In this document: piece by piece, positions 8,800 through 18,636 of the stretch
Numbering within the stretch: position 1 is the first letter of the stretch
How the letters are laid out: the number at the start of each line of letters is the position of its first letter
Origin: Candidatus Aenigmatarchaeota archaeon
Lineage (GTDB): Archaea > Aenigmatarchaeota > Aenigmatarchaeia > Aenigmatarchaeales > Aenigmatarchaeaceae
NCBI GenBank assembly: GCA_016933455.1
Contig: JAFGAZ010000020.1
Coordinates: 119 to 64,118, forward strand
Direction of reading: 5' to 3'
DNA: 64,000 nt
Made by a program: the position numbers and the translations under genes
Notes under the pieces: model-generated
What the model was told of the DNA's origin: nothing
The model's database searches: none
What the model saw: the letters and a program-made list of their open reading frames with translations, nothing else

Positions 8800-11700
8800 T
8801 CACTCGTTTTCAGGCTCTTCTAGCCTGTAGGAGAGCTCGTAAAGATTGGTTTTGTGGCTTTTTTTCCTGCCGAAAAGCTCCTTGAACATGCTAAGTTTGA
8901 TGTGTCCGGTTACTTCAAGCAATACAAAGAGTATGAGAATGACAATTAGAACTGCCACAAGGGAAACCTCAAAAACTGGGAAGTCATCTCCCCCAGGAGC
9001 CACAATTGCCTCCATCTCGCAAGCCTGGCTTTCTGCAGGTTTGTCAGATGTTGTGCCGCAAGAGTTCGAGTCTGTGCAGGTTCTTGTCTGTACGTCTGCT
9101 GCGCACTCGGACCAGTCAGTGCAAGACCACGACTCTATGCAAACAGGGGCCTCTGCCTGGCTTCCACTAACACCTATAACAAATGTTGAAAATCCGGGTG
9201 AAACCGCCTCGTATATGTACTCTGTTGAATCGTTGCTTACAATGGTAGTTGTCAGTTCGTTCCACAACGTTTCTTCCCATCTGTACATGCTAACTTCTGC
9301 AGCGTTTATGTTGTTTTGTTCAAGCCATGTTTTATTGACTGCGAATCTAATTACAGTTTGATTAATATCATCGTTGTCTATGTTCTCCTTATCTATGTTC
9401 ATATAATGGTAAACGTTTCCTTCGATTTCATGTGATACGGATGCAGGAGCTCCTGCAATCTTTGTGATCCTTATCTGAATGTCATTTGCTGCGTTCTTTA
9501 CTGTTATGCTTATTTTTCTGACAACCACATCCTCTGTTTTTGTTATGGAAACGTTGGTTGTCTGGCCCGCTGACATGGAGCCTATGGTGACATTGGCTTT
9601 TCCTTTTTCCCTGTCAACATCTATTACCTGCGGCAATGGTCCCGAGCCTCCTGTTGACACAAATGCAGCTGCGCTTCCAGCTGTTATTGTAAGAGTGGAG
9701 TTTATTCCGGTGGAGTTTGCCGTCCAGTTGTCTCCGCCTGTTGCATTTAGCGTGTAAATGTAGCTTCCGACCGAGAGAATAGCCGACTCGTTGGTTACAT
9801 TATCTAAAAGCGCACCGTCCCTGTAGAGTGTGTAGTTGACATCGCTATCACCCACATTGCTCTCCAAAACAGAAACCGTTGTCCTATTGCCTGTTACAAC
9901 AGAACTTGAAGGACTCATGTTAACGGTTAGGTTCAAAATTCCCTTGTTTACAAAAGCGTAATAGGTGATGTTTGTTGAGTTTGCAGAATAGTTCTGGTTG
10001 CCTGTGGCGTTTACTGCAAAGACATAAGTTCCGTTACCGAGCCTTATGATCTCGTTTTGCGGAGATGTGCCGTTTGATATTGGTGATGCGTTCCTGTAAA
10101 GGAACACTTCTCCGCCCGCAGAAACTGCAGTGGCGTTGATGACATCAGGATATGCGTAAGTGGTGTTGTTTGATGTGCCGTTGAGGTACAATGCTATCGG
10201 GTTTGAGGCCTGGGAAACATTCCACCAAAAGTCAACTAGGGAAGATTCTGTATAATTGTCATTGCCCAAGACCTTGGCGCTAAAGTTGTTGTCCCATGCA
10301 GGCCATGTGCTGCTGTTCCATGCGACTGTTGTGGCATTGGATATCAAAGTGCCGTTCCTCCAAAGCTGGACATACAGTCCTGAAACATTGGAAACTGCTG
10401 TTGCGTTTATTGTTGAATTAGGATAGGTCGAAGTCTGGTCTGCAGCTTCGCCATTTAGCAAAAGCGAAACCAAGGTTGCGCCCTTGTTGACTAAGGCATA
10501 ATATGTAACACCGGTTGTGTTTGCAGAATAGTTGGCGTTTCCGGTCGCGTTGACCTTGTATGCGTATGTGCCGTTGCCAAGAAGTATGTTTTCCTCAGCT
10601 GTCAAGGTTCCGTTTGTTACCTCGACATCGTTTCTGTATATGGAAACATTGCCGATTGTTGAAGTGGCATTGGCTTTTACTGCCTCTGGGTATGTGTAAG
10701 TTTTATTGCCGTTCAAAGTGTCATTAAGCAAAAGCTGTACAGGGTTGTTAGCCTGTGAAACAATTAGATAGTATGTTATTCCAGACGAGTTCGCAGAATA
10801 GTTGACGTTTCCGGTCGTGTTAACCTTGTATGCGTATGTGCCTGCACCCAAGTTGACGGTCTCGTTTGTGCCAAGGTATACTCCGTCACGGTATAGGAAG
10901 CATGAGCCCGATCCGGTATAGTCATTTGAACAGTTGACATAAACAGATGTCCCGTATGTTATCGAGACGTTCTGGTTGTCATATGCTGTGCTGTTGTTAA
11001 TTGTAAGGCTTACAGGGTTTGTTGCATTGGTAGTGACTATGAGGAATATGCTGCTGTTCGAGGCAGATGTCCAGTTGGCGTTGCCTGATGTGTTGTAAAC
11101 TACGTTGTAAACGCCTATTTCAAAGGCGCCTGATATTGTTGCTGGATTTCCGGACGAGTTTGTTCCTTTTGCAAACAAAGTAAATGTCGGCGGGGTTATT
11201 GTTGTTGTAGAGTTTCCCCTTATCTCAACGGAATTTGGAACTTGGACCGTCTTGTTCTGGCCGTCACTGTCTATGAAAACCTGGACATCGGGAGTTCCCT
11301 GAGCTATTACCAATGTGTTTGCGGTCGTGTTGGAAGAATAGTTGGTGTTTCCTGATGTGTTTAAAGTATAATTGTGAGCTCCTGCGCCGAGAATTGTTCC
11401 TGTAGCGTTCTCAGAGGAAGCGTCCAGGCCTTCCCTGTAAAGGCCGCATGTTATCTGCGAAGGGCATCCTGTTCCCGTTGTCATTGAAACGTCAGGATAA
11501 GTTCCAGACCACGAGATGTTGTTTGCAAGGCTTAGCATGACAGGGGCCTGAGTTATCATAACATAGTAAGTGCTTGAATTATCAGTATAGTTCTGTGAAA
11601 GTGTCGTGTTCACAATATATTCCCAAACACCTGCTCCGATGGTTACATCCGTAAGATTTTCAGATGTTACGTCGGTTCCGTTTCTAAATACCATGCAAGT

Positions 11701-12594
11701 GCCTGCATCACAAATTCCTGTGACGTTTATCTGTGTGCCGTATACACCGCCAATGTTTTGGTTTGCATATTCTGTGCCGTTGTTTAGGTAAACATTGATT
11801 TCATTATCAGCCTGAGCAATTGAAAAATTGGAAGTTACGGAAGAGTTCCAGTTGCCGGAAGTATCGCTTGCATATACAGTCCAGTTGAAAGACCCAGCCG
11901 GAAGGACAACGGAATAAGAGTAGTTGGCCACGCTTATGTTTGACATGGAAGCGTTGTTGATTAAAACATCAGTAGAGTTCATGACTGTTATAAGGGCCGA
12001 GTTAACGCCCACATTGTCGTTTATTGACATGTTAAAAACAGTTTCTGTTGAAGGCGAGAAAGTTGAAACTGTTGTGTTTATTTCCCCCATCAAAACAGGT
12101 ATCATCGTGTCATTTACAAGTATCGTAACGTTGGTTGAATTGTAAGTTCCGTTTGCATCAAGAGTTGAGACGTTTATGTCAAAGGATGTGTTGGCCATGG
12201 GCATTACGTTGACATCAACGGCAAAGTACTGCTCTGTTCCGTTCTCGACAATGCCTATCTCGGTGTTGTTCATCCAATATACCATGCTGGTCGTGTTGTC
12301 GTACGGGGCGTCCAAAGCGGATGTCCAGTTAGTGGAGTCGACAAGAATGAAAGAGCCTGGAAGCGTTATGTTAACCTGGGTTATGTTGAATTCAGGATCA
12401 ATGTTGCTGATTGTAAAGTTTATTGTCTGATCGGGCGTTGCTGCACTTAGGCTCAAGGGATCAACAGAAGAGTCGAACGATGCGGCATATCCTGGCAGGA
12501 CAATTGTAAGGCAAATTATTGCCGAGATTATAAGAAGTGATGATACTGTAATGCTCTTGCCATACATGCCTTTTCTCAAACAAATCACTAACAT
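8800..12594 (-). CDS. giant S-layer-like surface glycoprotein (paralogue of 5896..8739)
   Basis: 1264 aa with a signal or anchor. It has at least 8 repeat modules of the type G(N/A)GTY.Y.VN.TGN.NYS.N. A PGF-pre-PGF-like segment follows (RFAVNKTWL...AVSPGFSTFVIGVSG). The same 41-aa six-Cys module, a TM segment and a charged tail complete it. My manual count gives about 90 N-x-S/T sequons. Confidence 0.8.
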   Translation of the reverse strand: MLVICLRKGMYGKSITVSSLLIISAIICLTIVLPGYAASFDSSVDPLSLSAATPDQTINFTISNIDPEFNITQVNITLPGSFILVDSTNWTSALDAPYDNTTSMVYWMNNTEIGIVENGTEQYFAVDVNVMPMANTSFDINVSTLDANGTYNSTNVTILVNDTMIPVLMGEINTTVSTFSPSTETVFNMSINDNVGVNSALITVMNSTDVLINNASMSNISVANYSYSVVLPAGSFNWTVYASDTSGNWNSSVTSNFSIAQADNEINVYLNNGTEYANQNIGGVYGTQINVTGICDAGTCMVFRNGTDVTSENLTDVTIGAGVWEYIVNTTLSQNYTDNSSTYYVMITQAPVMLSLANNISWSGTYPDVSMTTGTGCPSQITCGLYREGLDASSENATGTILGAGAHNYTLNTSGNTNYSSNTTANTLVIAQGTPDVQVFIDSDGQNKTVQVPNSVEIRGNSTTTITPPTFTLFAKGTNSSGNPATISGAFEIGVYNVVYNTSGNANWTSASNSSIFLIVTTNATNPVSLTINNSTAYDNQNVSITYGTSVYVNCSNDYTGSGSCFLYRDGVYLGTNETVNLGAGTYAYKVNTTGNVNYSANSSGITYYLIVSQANNPVQLLLNDTLNGNKTYTYPEAVKANATSTIGNVSIYRNDVEVTNGTLTAEENILLGNGTYAYKVNATGNANYSANTTGVTYYALVNKGATLVSLLLNGEAADQTSTYPNSTINATAVSNVSGLYVQLWRNGTLISNATTVAWNSSTWPAWDNNFSAKVLGNDNYTESSLVDFWWNVSQASNPIALYLNGTSNNTTYAYPDVINATAVSAGGEVFLYRNASPISNGTSPQNEIIRLGNGTYVFAVNATGNQNYSANSTNITYYAFVNKGILNLTVNMSPSSSVVTGNRTTVSVLESNVGDSDVNYTLYRDGALLDNVTNESAILSVGSYIYTLNATGGDNWTANSTGINSTLTITAGSAAAFVSTGGSGPLPQVIDVDREKGKANVTIGSMSAGQTTNVSITKTEDVVVRKISITVKNAANDIQIRITKIAGAPASVSHEIEGNVYHYMNIDKENIDNDDINQTVIRFAVNKTWLEQNNINAAEVSMYRWEETLWNELTTTIVSNDSTEYIYEAVSPGFSTFVIGVSGSQAEAPVCIESWSCTDWSECAADVQTRTCTDSNSCGTTSDKPAESQACEMEAIVAPGGDDFPVFEVSLVAVLIVILILFVLLEVTGHIKLSMFKELFGRKKSHKTNLYELSYRLEEPENE

Positions 12595-12665
12595 TTATTT
12601 AGAAAACCCGCATATAAAGATTTCTAAGGAAAAATCTTTATCTTAGGCCCGCGTTATTTATTTTA

Positions 12666-13826
12666 ATGAAAAAGTTTGTTTTGTCGCTTCTTAGAACCGA
12701 TATAGCCAAAAGTAGCGGGCTGATATTCATAGCCACTTTTTTGGCCAATTTGATAGTTTTTGTTGTTGACATCTTCATTTCAAATGTCTTGGGACCTGTG
12801 GACTTTGGTATTTTCAGGACTATATTCTATCTGTTCACTTTCTTGCCGATGCTAATCGATTTTGGAGTGAACATGACTCTGACAAAGTACATTGCCGAGT
12901 TCAAGAAAAGAAACAAGGAAAGGCTAGGATACCTGATAAGGTACTTTATTGGCATAAAGTTAGTATCATTTATTGCTCTAATCATTTTAGTAATACTTCT
13001 CCAGAATCAACTGACTCTTATTTTTCTAAAAGACCCAAGTCTTGGTTACCTAATAGTGCCGGGAATTGTGCTGACATGCGTGGTATTTCTCAATGTTTTC
13101 CAAAACATACTGCTTGGCTTTCAGGAATTCAAGTTATTTGCGCTCTCGCAGTTTCTTGTAACTGCAAGCTCTGCTGTTTTCGGTTATTTGCTAAGCTTTT
13201 TCGGAGTTTTTTACCTGGTTTTGGGCTGGAGTATGGGGTATGTCTTTGGTAACATTTTCTCTATAAGATTTTTCATGAAGCAAAAACTCGGCAAAAAAAA
13301 GTCATTTGACGCAAAAAAGATATTCAAAAATTTCAGCCTGCCGCTTCACGCAGTCTATGTAATAAACAGCATGTATTACGTTATAGTGCCCATACTTAGC
13401 ATATTCTTCTCTCAGGAAGCTGTTGGCTATTTCTCTTTCGCATTTCTGTTTTACTTTGCAGCCATGCTAATTCCCAACGCGGTTTCCTTTGTAATAATGC
13501 CCAAAGTGTCTGAACTTAAGGGTCTGGACAGAATGGGCGATGCCAAAAGAATGCTAATCAAGGTATTCAAGCTCTATACGCCCATAGTCATTGTAGGCAT
13601 AGCCGGCGTTCTTCTGATCTCCGACATAATATTCGGCATGTTCTTCCAGAGCTATATGCAAAGTCTTTTCTTCTTCAAGGTCCTTGTCATAATGAGCCTG
13701 CTTTTCGGCTACAATGTGATATACACCTACTATCTGCAAGGGACAGGCAAAGTCAAGAAATTCGCGGTATTTGCAGTGCTTCAAAACGTCCTGCTTTTGG
13801 CAGCAAGCTTTGCTCTGCTTGCATAG
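12666..13826 (+). CDS. Wzx/MOP-type oligosaccharide flippase-like membrane protein
   Basis: 386 aa and polytopic. The N-terminal pattern resembles polysaccharide-biosynthesis (Polysacc_synt) flippases. It sits immediately upstream of aglB. Confidence 0.6.
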   Translation: MKKFVLSLLRTDIAKSSGLIFIATFLANLIVFVVDIFISNVLGPVDFGIFRTIFYLFTFLPMLIDFGVNMTLTKYIAEFKKRNKERLGYLIRYFIGIKLVSFIALIILVILLQNQLTLIFLKDPSLGYLIVPGIVLTCVVFLNVFQNILLGFQEFKLFALSQFLVTASSAVFGYLLSFFGVFYLVLGWSMGYVFGNIFSIRFFMKQKLGKKKSFDAKKIFKNFSLPLHAVYVINSMYYVIVPILSIFFSQEAVGYFSFAFLFYFAAMLIPNAVSFVIMPKVSELKGLDRMGDAKRMLIKVFKLYTPIVIVGIAGVLLISDIIFGMFFQSYMQSLFFFKVLVIMSLLFGYNVIYTYYLQGTGKVKKFAVFAVLQNVLLLAASFALLA

Positions 13827-13869
13827 CGCCAAATAAACTTTTTATAGTTCTATTTCTAATTCTTCTTAG

Positions 13870-15948
13870 TTGATCATGGACGTAATTGGTATTCTTAAGA
13901 GCAAATGGTGGGTATTTGTCCTAATCTTTATTTTGCTCTACTCGTACCAGATAAGGTCACTAAACATAATAGAGGACAGGATAGTCTCATACGACCCCGT
14001 TGTGCAGTACAGGTACACCTATTATGTTGCCGAGTACGGCCATCTGCCGATATGGGACGAGATGACATATTATGTTGGCAGGCTTTTCGAGTACAACACA
14101 AGCCCGCCTTTGATGTTCTACATAACATCCTTTGTTTACTGGATGGTTCAGTCTTCAGGTATTAGCCTTCTGACTGTTTCAGCATACATGGCTGCCATAT
14201 ACGGCGCGGCAATGGTCATACCAGCGTTTTTGCTTGGAAGGGAGCTTTCCAACAAATACGGAGGGCTTTTCGCAGCGCTTCTGATAGGAACAGCCCCTCA
14301 GATACTCACAAGAACATTTGGCAGCTCGTACGACACTGACCAGATAGTGCTTTTCTTCCTTATGTTGACAATTTACCTTGGATACTATGCTGTAAAGAGA
14401 AAGACTGTCGCAAGCTACTGCATGGCGCTAGGCGGCTTTTTCGGCTTCCTTATGACATGGGGTTACTCATTCTACTCCTACTTCATCATACTGGGCTTTG
14501 TAATCCTATACGCAGTTGTAAAGTTCCTTGTTGGTGAAGGATTTTTCAAGAAGCTAAATGCCGAAAGGTTCAAGGAATTATTCAACGAATTCAAGAGCAA
14601 CGCATTATTCCTTGTGGCCTTGCTAGCAGGCCTTACAGGACTTGCTGCAATAAACGGTGAAAATATACTGCTTCACATAAGAAATGTTGTTGGCTTTGCC
14701 TTTAGCGCAGAGAACTGGATAGTAAACATTTCAATAGCCGAGCTTCAGCCTTTCAACATATTCAGCGTCTCCGGATGGTCTGTTGCAATGGGCAACTTTG
14801 TCACAGGCATAGGAGCAATCGACGTTTCGATATTGGTAGCTTTCTTCTCCTTGATGGCTTTCGGCTTCTTTGCAAGCTTCAAAAAGAAGGATTATATGAA
14901 GTTCTCCTTCCTTTTGACGCTTTTTGCCATAGGCATATACACTACCTTCAGGGGTGTTAGGTTCACAGAGTTCACGTCAACCCTTTTCATAACAATGATA
15001 GCAACCGGGTTTGGAAGCCTTGTTGAATGGGTAAAGGACAGTGACATCAAAAAGACTCTTGTCATAGGCTCCATAGTTTTCATAGCTTTGATAGGAATGC
15101 AGGTAAGCCTTGCAATGGGCGAGCAGCTAGGGCCTGACATGAACGCCAACTGGGACAGTGCCTGGGAATTCCTAAGATCAGAAACATCAGAACTTTCCTT
15201 GGTAGGCACTTGGTGGGACCCTGGCCACATGATAAACGGCCTTGCCGAGAGAAGGAACTTTGCTGACGGGGCCCACTGCCAGAACCAGTGTCTTTACACA
15301 ATAAACGACAGGATAACAGACCTTGGCAAGATAATGGCCACATCAAGCGAGCAAGAATCCCTTGACTTGATAAGAAAGTACACGGGCGATTCGACCGACG
15401 TTTACTGGATAGCTTCAGACGACCTCATAGGAAAGTACAGGTGGCTGCAGTATTTCGGAACAGGCTGCGACGGGACAGCTGACGCGTCATGCCCGCTATA
15501 CATACAACTGGGCCAGACGTCACAGTCAGTGGATGAGGGAGGCAATGTAATGTTTATCAACTATGCAATGTCGGACACTTCGCAATTGATGATTTACAAT
15601 ACGCAAATACCAATACCGATGTTCATGCAGGGCATAGACATAGCGCTTTTTGACGAGTTTATCTATTACAACGGAACCGAGCCGGTTGCAGTGAGCTTTA
15701 GCCAGGAGGAGATTAATCAGTTGGTTGAAGCGCTGTCGCCATTGGAAAGCAAGCTGAATGCAAGATTCACCAATCAGACAATACCAATGACTGTCTGGAT
15801 GCCCAGGCACTATCAGTACATTGTCATAATACCAGACAACCTAAGAAACACGGTCTTTACTAGAATGTTCATGCTAGAGGGCCAGGGCCTTGATCACTTT
15901 GAACAGGTGTTTAGAAACGAGCAGGTAAAGATATACAAAGTGGTATGA
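13870..15948 (+). CDS. aglB: archaeal oligosaccharyltransferase AglB (STT3 family)
   Basis: 692 aa. A multi-TM N-terminal half is followed by a soluble C-terminal half. The diagnostic WWDYG-type motif is present as LVGTWWDPGHMING. The track starts at TTG 13870, and ATG 13876 is an alternative start. Confidence 0.9.
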   Translation: MIMDVIGILKSKWWVFVLIFILLYSYQIRSLNIIEDRIVSYDPVVQYRYTYYVAEYGHLPIWDEMTYYVGRLFEYNTSPPLMFYITSFVYWMVQSSGISLLTVSAYMAAIYGAAMVIPAFLLGRELSNKYGGLFAALLIGTAPQILTRTFGSSYDTDQIVLFFLMLTIYLGYYAVKRKTVASYCMALGGFFGFLMTWGYSFYSYFIILGFVILYAVVKFLVGEGFFKKLNAERFKELFNEFKSNALFLVALLAGLTGLAAINGENILLHIRNVVGFAFSAENWIVNISIAELQPFNIFSVSGWSVAMGNFVTGIGAIDVSILVAFFSLMAFGFFASFKKKDYMKFSFLLTLFAIGIYTTFRGVRFTEFTSTLFITMIATGFGSLVEWVKDSDIKKTLVIGSIVFIALIGMQVSLAMGEQLGPDMNANWDSAWEFLRSETSELSLVGTWWDPGHMINGLAERRNFADGAHCQNQCLYTINDRITDLGKIMATSSEQESLDLIRKYTGDSTDVYWIASDDLIGKYRWLQYFGTGCDGTADASCPLYIQLGQTSQSVDEGGNVMFINYAMSDTSQLMIYNTQIPIPMFMQGIDIALFDEFIYYNGTEPVAVSFSQEEINQLVEALSPLESKLNARFTNQTIPMTVWMPRHYQYIVIIPDNLRNTVFTRMFMLEGQGLDHFEQVFRNEQVKIYKVV

Positions 15949-16115
15949 TGAAAGACGACTTGAAATGTGTTTTCTTTTCAATGCTGGGTCTTTTTTTTGG
16001 CCTAATACTTGTTGACGTTGACCATCTTTTCAACGTGGCGTATTTTCATTGGTTTCCCATAACATTCTTCTTTTTGTTCTTCGGGATAGGCCTGTTCTTG
16101 TGGAGGAAGGACTAG
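15945..16115 (+). CDS. small hypothetical membrane protein (56 aa)
   Basis: Below the track cutoff. My translation is MMKDDLKCVFFSMLGLFFGLILVDVDHLFNVAYFHWFPITFFFLFFGIGLFLWRKD. The start overlaps the aglB stop (ATGA). It ends at TAG 16113-16115, directly followed in the same frame by the next ATG. Confidence 0.35.
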   Translation: MMKDDLKCVFFSMLGLFFGLILVDVDHLFNVAYFHWFPITFFFLFFGIGLFLWRKD

Positions 16116-16397
16116 ATGATATTCTTCTACCATCTTCTGATATTGATTGCAAGCTCGTCTGGCCTGCTTTTGTCTTATTTTGTAAAAGACAAAATGAAAA
16201 CAAGAAGATACCTAATGTTGTTCTTCCTATTCCTGGGACTTTCAATGTTCATCCACTTTATCATAGACAGCATTCCGGTTCCAAAGGAAAATTTCATAAG
16301 ATACTATATGAATCTAGAGCCGCACGAGGACCTTTCGCTAGATTTTCTAATAGGAAAGGCAATGGAACTTAAGCAGTCGGCTAACATCAGCGGCTAG
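16116..16397 (+). CDS. small hypothetical membrane protein (93 aa)
   Basis: Two hydrophobic segments. It is in the same reading frame as 15945..16115, and only one TAG separates the two ORFs. Confidence 0.4.
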   Translation: MIFFYHLLILIASSSGLLLSYFVKDKMKTRRYLMLFFLFLGLSMFIHFIIDSIPVPKENFIRYYMNLEPHEDLSLDFLIGKAMELKQSANISG

Positions 16398-16422
16398 GTT
16401 GAAAAAAAATAAAAGGTATAAC

Positions 16423-17118
16423 ATGAAAACATACGCGCTCATATGCGCATACAACGAGGAAAAGATGGCAAATCTTGTCATAAAAAACACTTTGAATCAT
16501 GTAGACAAGGTCATTTTTGTTAATGATGGCAGCGAGGATAAGACTTTTGAAAAGGTAAAAAATGAGTTTGGTAAAAACAGGAAAGTAATAATAATTTCTT
16601 ACAAAAAAAATCGCGGCAAGGGATATGCGACAAGGCTTGGATTTAAAAGATTTCTAAAAGAGAACGGCGACATACTGGTAACTCTTGATTCCGACGGGCA
16701 GCACGATCCAAAGGAAATTAAACTGCTATTGTCCCAAATCAATGACAAAAATTGCGACATAATAATAGGGACAAGGTACAAGGGAGAAACAAAACAGCCG
16801 GGCATCAGGAAATTTTTCAACAAAATGTCAAGCATAATAGTCAAGATGCTGTCAAGCGGTGACTTTGACGACGTGGCATCAGGCTTTAGATGCTATTCCA
16901 AAAAAGCCATAAAAATAATAGAGCCCTCGTTGAAATTGGACGGCTTTGGCATAGAACCTGAGATACTTCAGATAGCTGGCAGAAATAATCTAAAGGCGAA
17001 ATCTGTTCAGATATCCTGCAAATATGACAAAGGCAAGGAAAAGAAGAATCTTTGGAAAATGGGGATGGACTATATCAGGTATGCCATAAAATACAAGAGC
17101 GGTTTGTTAAAAAACTAA
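16423..17118 (+). CDS. GT2 glycosyltransferase, dolichyl-phosphate hexose synthase-like
   Basis: The track ORF begins at TTG 16399. I prefer ATG 16423 (MKTYALICAYNEE). GT2 blocks are present: FVNDGSEDKT, LDSDGQHDP and GFRCYS. Confidence 0.75.
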   Translation: MKTYALICAYNEEKMANLVIKNTLNHVDKVIFVNDGSEDKTFEKVKNEFGKNRKVIIISYKKNRGKGYATRLGFKRFLKENGDILVTLDSDGQHDPKEIKLLLSQINDKNCDIIIGTRYKGETKQPGIRKFFNKMSSIIVKMLSSGDFDDVASGFRCYSKKAIKIIEPSLKLDGFGIEPEILQIAGRNNLKAKSVQISCKYDKGKEKKNLWKMGMDYIRYAIKYKSGLLKN

Positions 17119-18593
17119 AGAACGCGCCTTCTAAAGAAAAGCTTGAATGCGATCTTTGCGTCCTCGAAAAGTTCCCTTACACTTTTTAGGTTCCTAAGCC
17201 TCTTGAAGATGTAATAGGGCCTTAGGTAGTATACCCTATAGCACCACTTTACAAGGTACTCCAATTGCTCGTGCGTCATCTCGGGAAAATCAACTATGCC
17301 TGTGTTGTACGGGTCTATTCCCTCCCAGTCGCCTGACTTTGTTGTGAACCACTTGTTCTTCTTGACAATCTTGTAGAATTCCAATGAGGGGTGAGGAGCC
17401 ACAATGCCAAAAGACACAAAATCTATGTCTAGCATCTTTAGTATCTTGACAGTCCATCTGATATCATCGACTGTCTGAAGGGGTGAAGCTCCCAAAAGTA
17501 TGTTTATCTTTGGCTGGATGCCGACCTTCTTTAGAAGTATTATAGCGTTCATCTGAGCTCCTGGAGTTGTGCCCTTTCTGACATAGTCCAGAACCTTCTT
17601 GTCAAAGCTCTCAACGCCTATGTCAACGTACATGCAACCGGAATCTCTCATCTTCTGCAAGACTTCCTCGTCCTGCAGCTGGTCTGCCCTTGCCAAACAT
17701 CCCCATTCCATTTTCAAGGGCTTGATTAGGTCGCATATCTTCATTATCCTTTCCTTGTAGCCCTTTGTCGGGACTCCCATGAAGTTGTCGTCCATTATAG
17801 CAACAGACCTATATCCCTGTTTCTTGACTTGTTTGAATTCCTCGTATATGTTCTTTGGCGACCTTTCTGTCATTGGAGGCTTTTTGCCGCACTTGTTCTT
17901 CCACTCAATTTCCCTGGCAAAGTTGTAAGCCGCTGGTATGCAGTATATGCACTGGCCCCAGCACTGCCTTGTTGTAAACATTGTTGTTGTGGGCCTTTTG
18001 CTGAGCTTGGGATTAAAGTAAGCATAAGGCGTTTTTATCAAATGCCTTGCCGGAAACGGCAGCTTGTCCAAATTGTCTATGTAATGCCTCGGATAGATGT
18101 TGTAGACCTTCTTGCCCTTCATGAAGCTAAGGCCGTTGATTCCCTCAAGGTTATCGGATTTCTTTTTGATTTTATTCATTAGGTCGAGAATAATATACTC
18201 TGGCTCGCCTCTTACAACGAAAGTCTTTTCATCGCTTAGATATTTCTCAGGAACTCTTGTGGGCTCAGGTCCCATGAATATGACTATGGCGTCCTTGTTA
18301 AGCTCCCTTATCCTGTCTCTCCAGTAGATGTCGGTCTTCTCAGCAAGATACACTGTAAAGAACACGAAAACATCGGATTTCTTATTTTCAACATAATTTT
18401 CCAGCCATTTCTTGCTCTTCTTTTGCACCACACAGTCGATGAACTCTACATCAAAGCCGGCCTTTTCAAGAACTGCCGCTGGGTAGAGTATGTGTATGGG
18501 CTGCTGGAACGAAAGGCCATAGTTGCACCCAAAGCACCTCTCCGGAGCCCTGCTCTGCGGGTATGCTGGTGGTATCAAAAACGTTACTTTCAT
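17115..18593 (-). CDS. B12-binding-domain radical SAM protein, paralogue 1
   Basis: 492 aa. The N-terminal Rossmann-like region (MKVTFLIPPAY...FDVEFIDC...IVIFMGPEPT) is followed by the radical SAM cluster motif TTRQCWGQCIYC (CxxxCxxC). Confidence 0.8.
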   Translation of the reverse strand: MKVTFLIPPAYPQSRAPERCFGCNYGLSFQQPIHILYPAAVLEKAGFDVEFIDCVVQKKSKKWLENYVENKKSDVFVFFTVYLAEKTDIYWRDRIRELNKDAIVIFMGPEPTRVPEKYLSDEKTFVVRGEPEYIILDLMNKIKKKSDNLEGINGLSFMKGKKVYNIYPRHYIDNLDKLPFPARHLIKTPYAYFNPKLSKRPTTTMFTTRQCWGQCIYCIPAAYNFAREIEWKNKCGKKPPMTERSPKNIYEEFKQVKKQGYRSVAIMDDNFMGVPTKGYKERIMKICDLIKPLKMEWGCLARADQLQDEEVLQKMRDSGCMYVDIGVESFDKKVLDYVRKGTTPGAQMNAIILLKKVGIQPKINILLGASPLQTVDDIRWTVKILKMLDIDFVSFGIVAPHPSLEFYKIVKKNKWFTTKSGDWEGIDPYNTGIVDFPEMTHEQLEYLVKWCYRVYYLRPYYIFKRLRNLKSVRELFEDAKIAFKLFFRRRVL

Positions 18594-18636
18594 GTCAAAA
18601 CCTGTTCTTACTAATTATTATGAATTGTAAATAAAT

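Noticed and set aside
8846-12430. Several 60-170-aa plus-strand ORFs inside the giant surface-protein gene, and similar ones at 5921-6290 and 8198-8779
   Set aside because: They are antisense to long, internally repetitive, motif-bearing genes. The repetitive codon composition keeps the opposite strand open by chance.
16113-16115. In-frame TAG as pyrrolysine or stop-codon reassignment
   Set aside because: TAG terminates several well-supported genes in the window (ends at 2474, 30042 and 58322). No pyl genes were seen.
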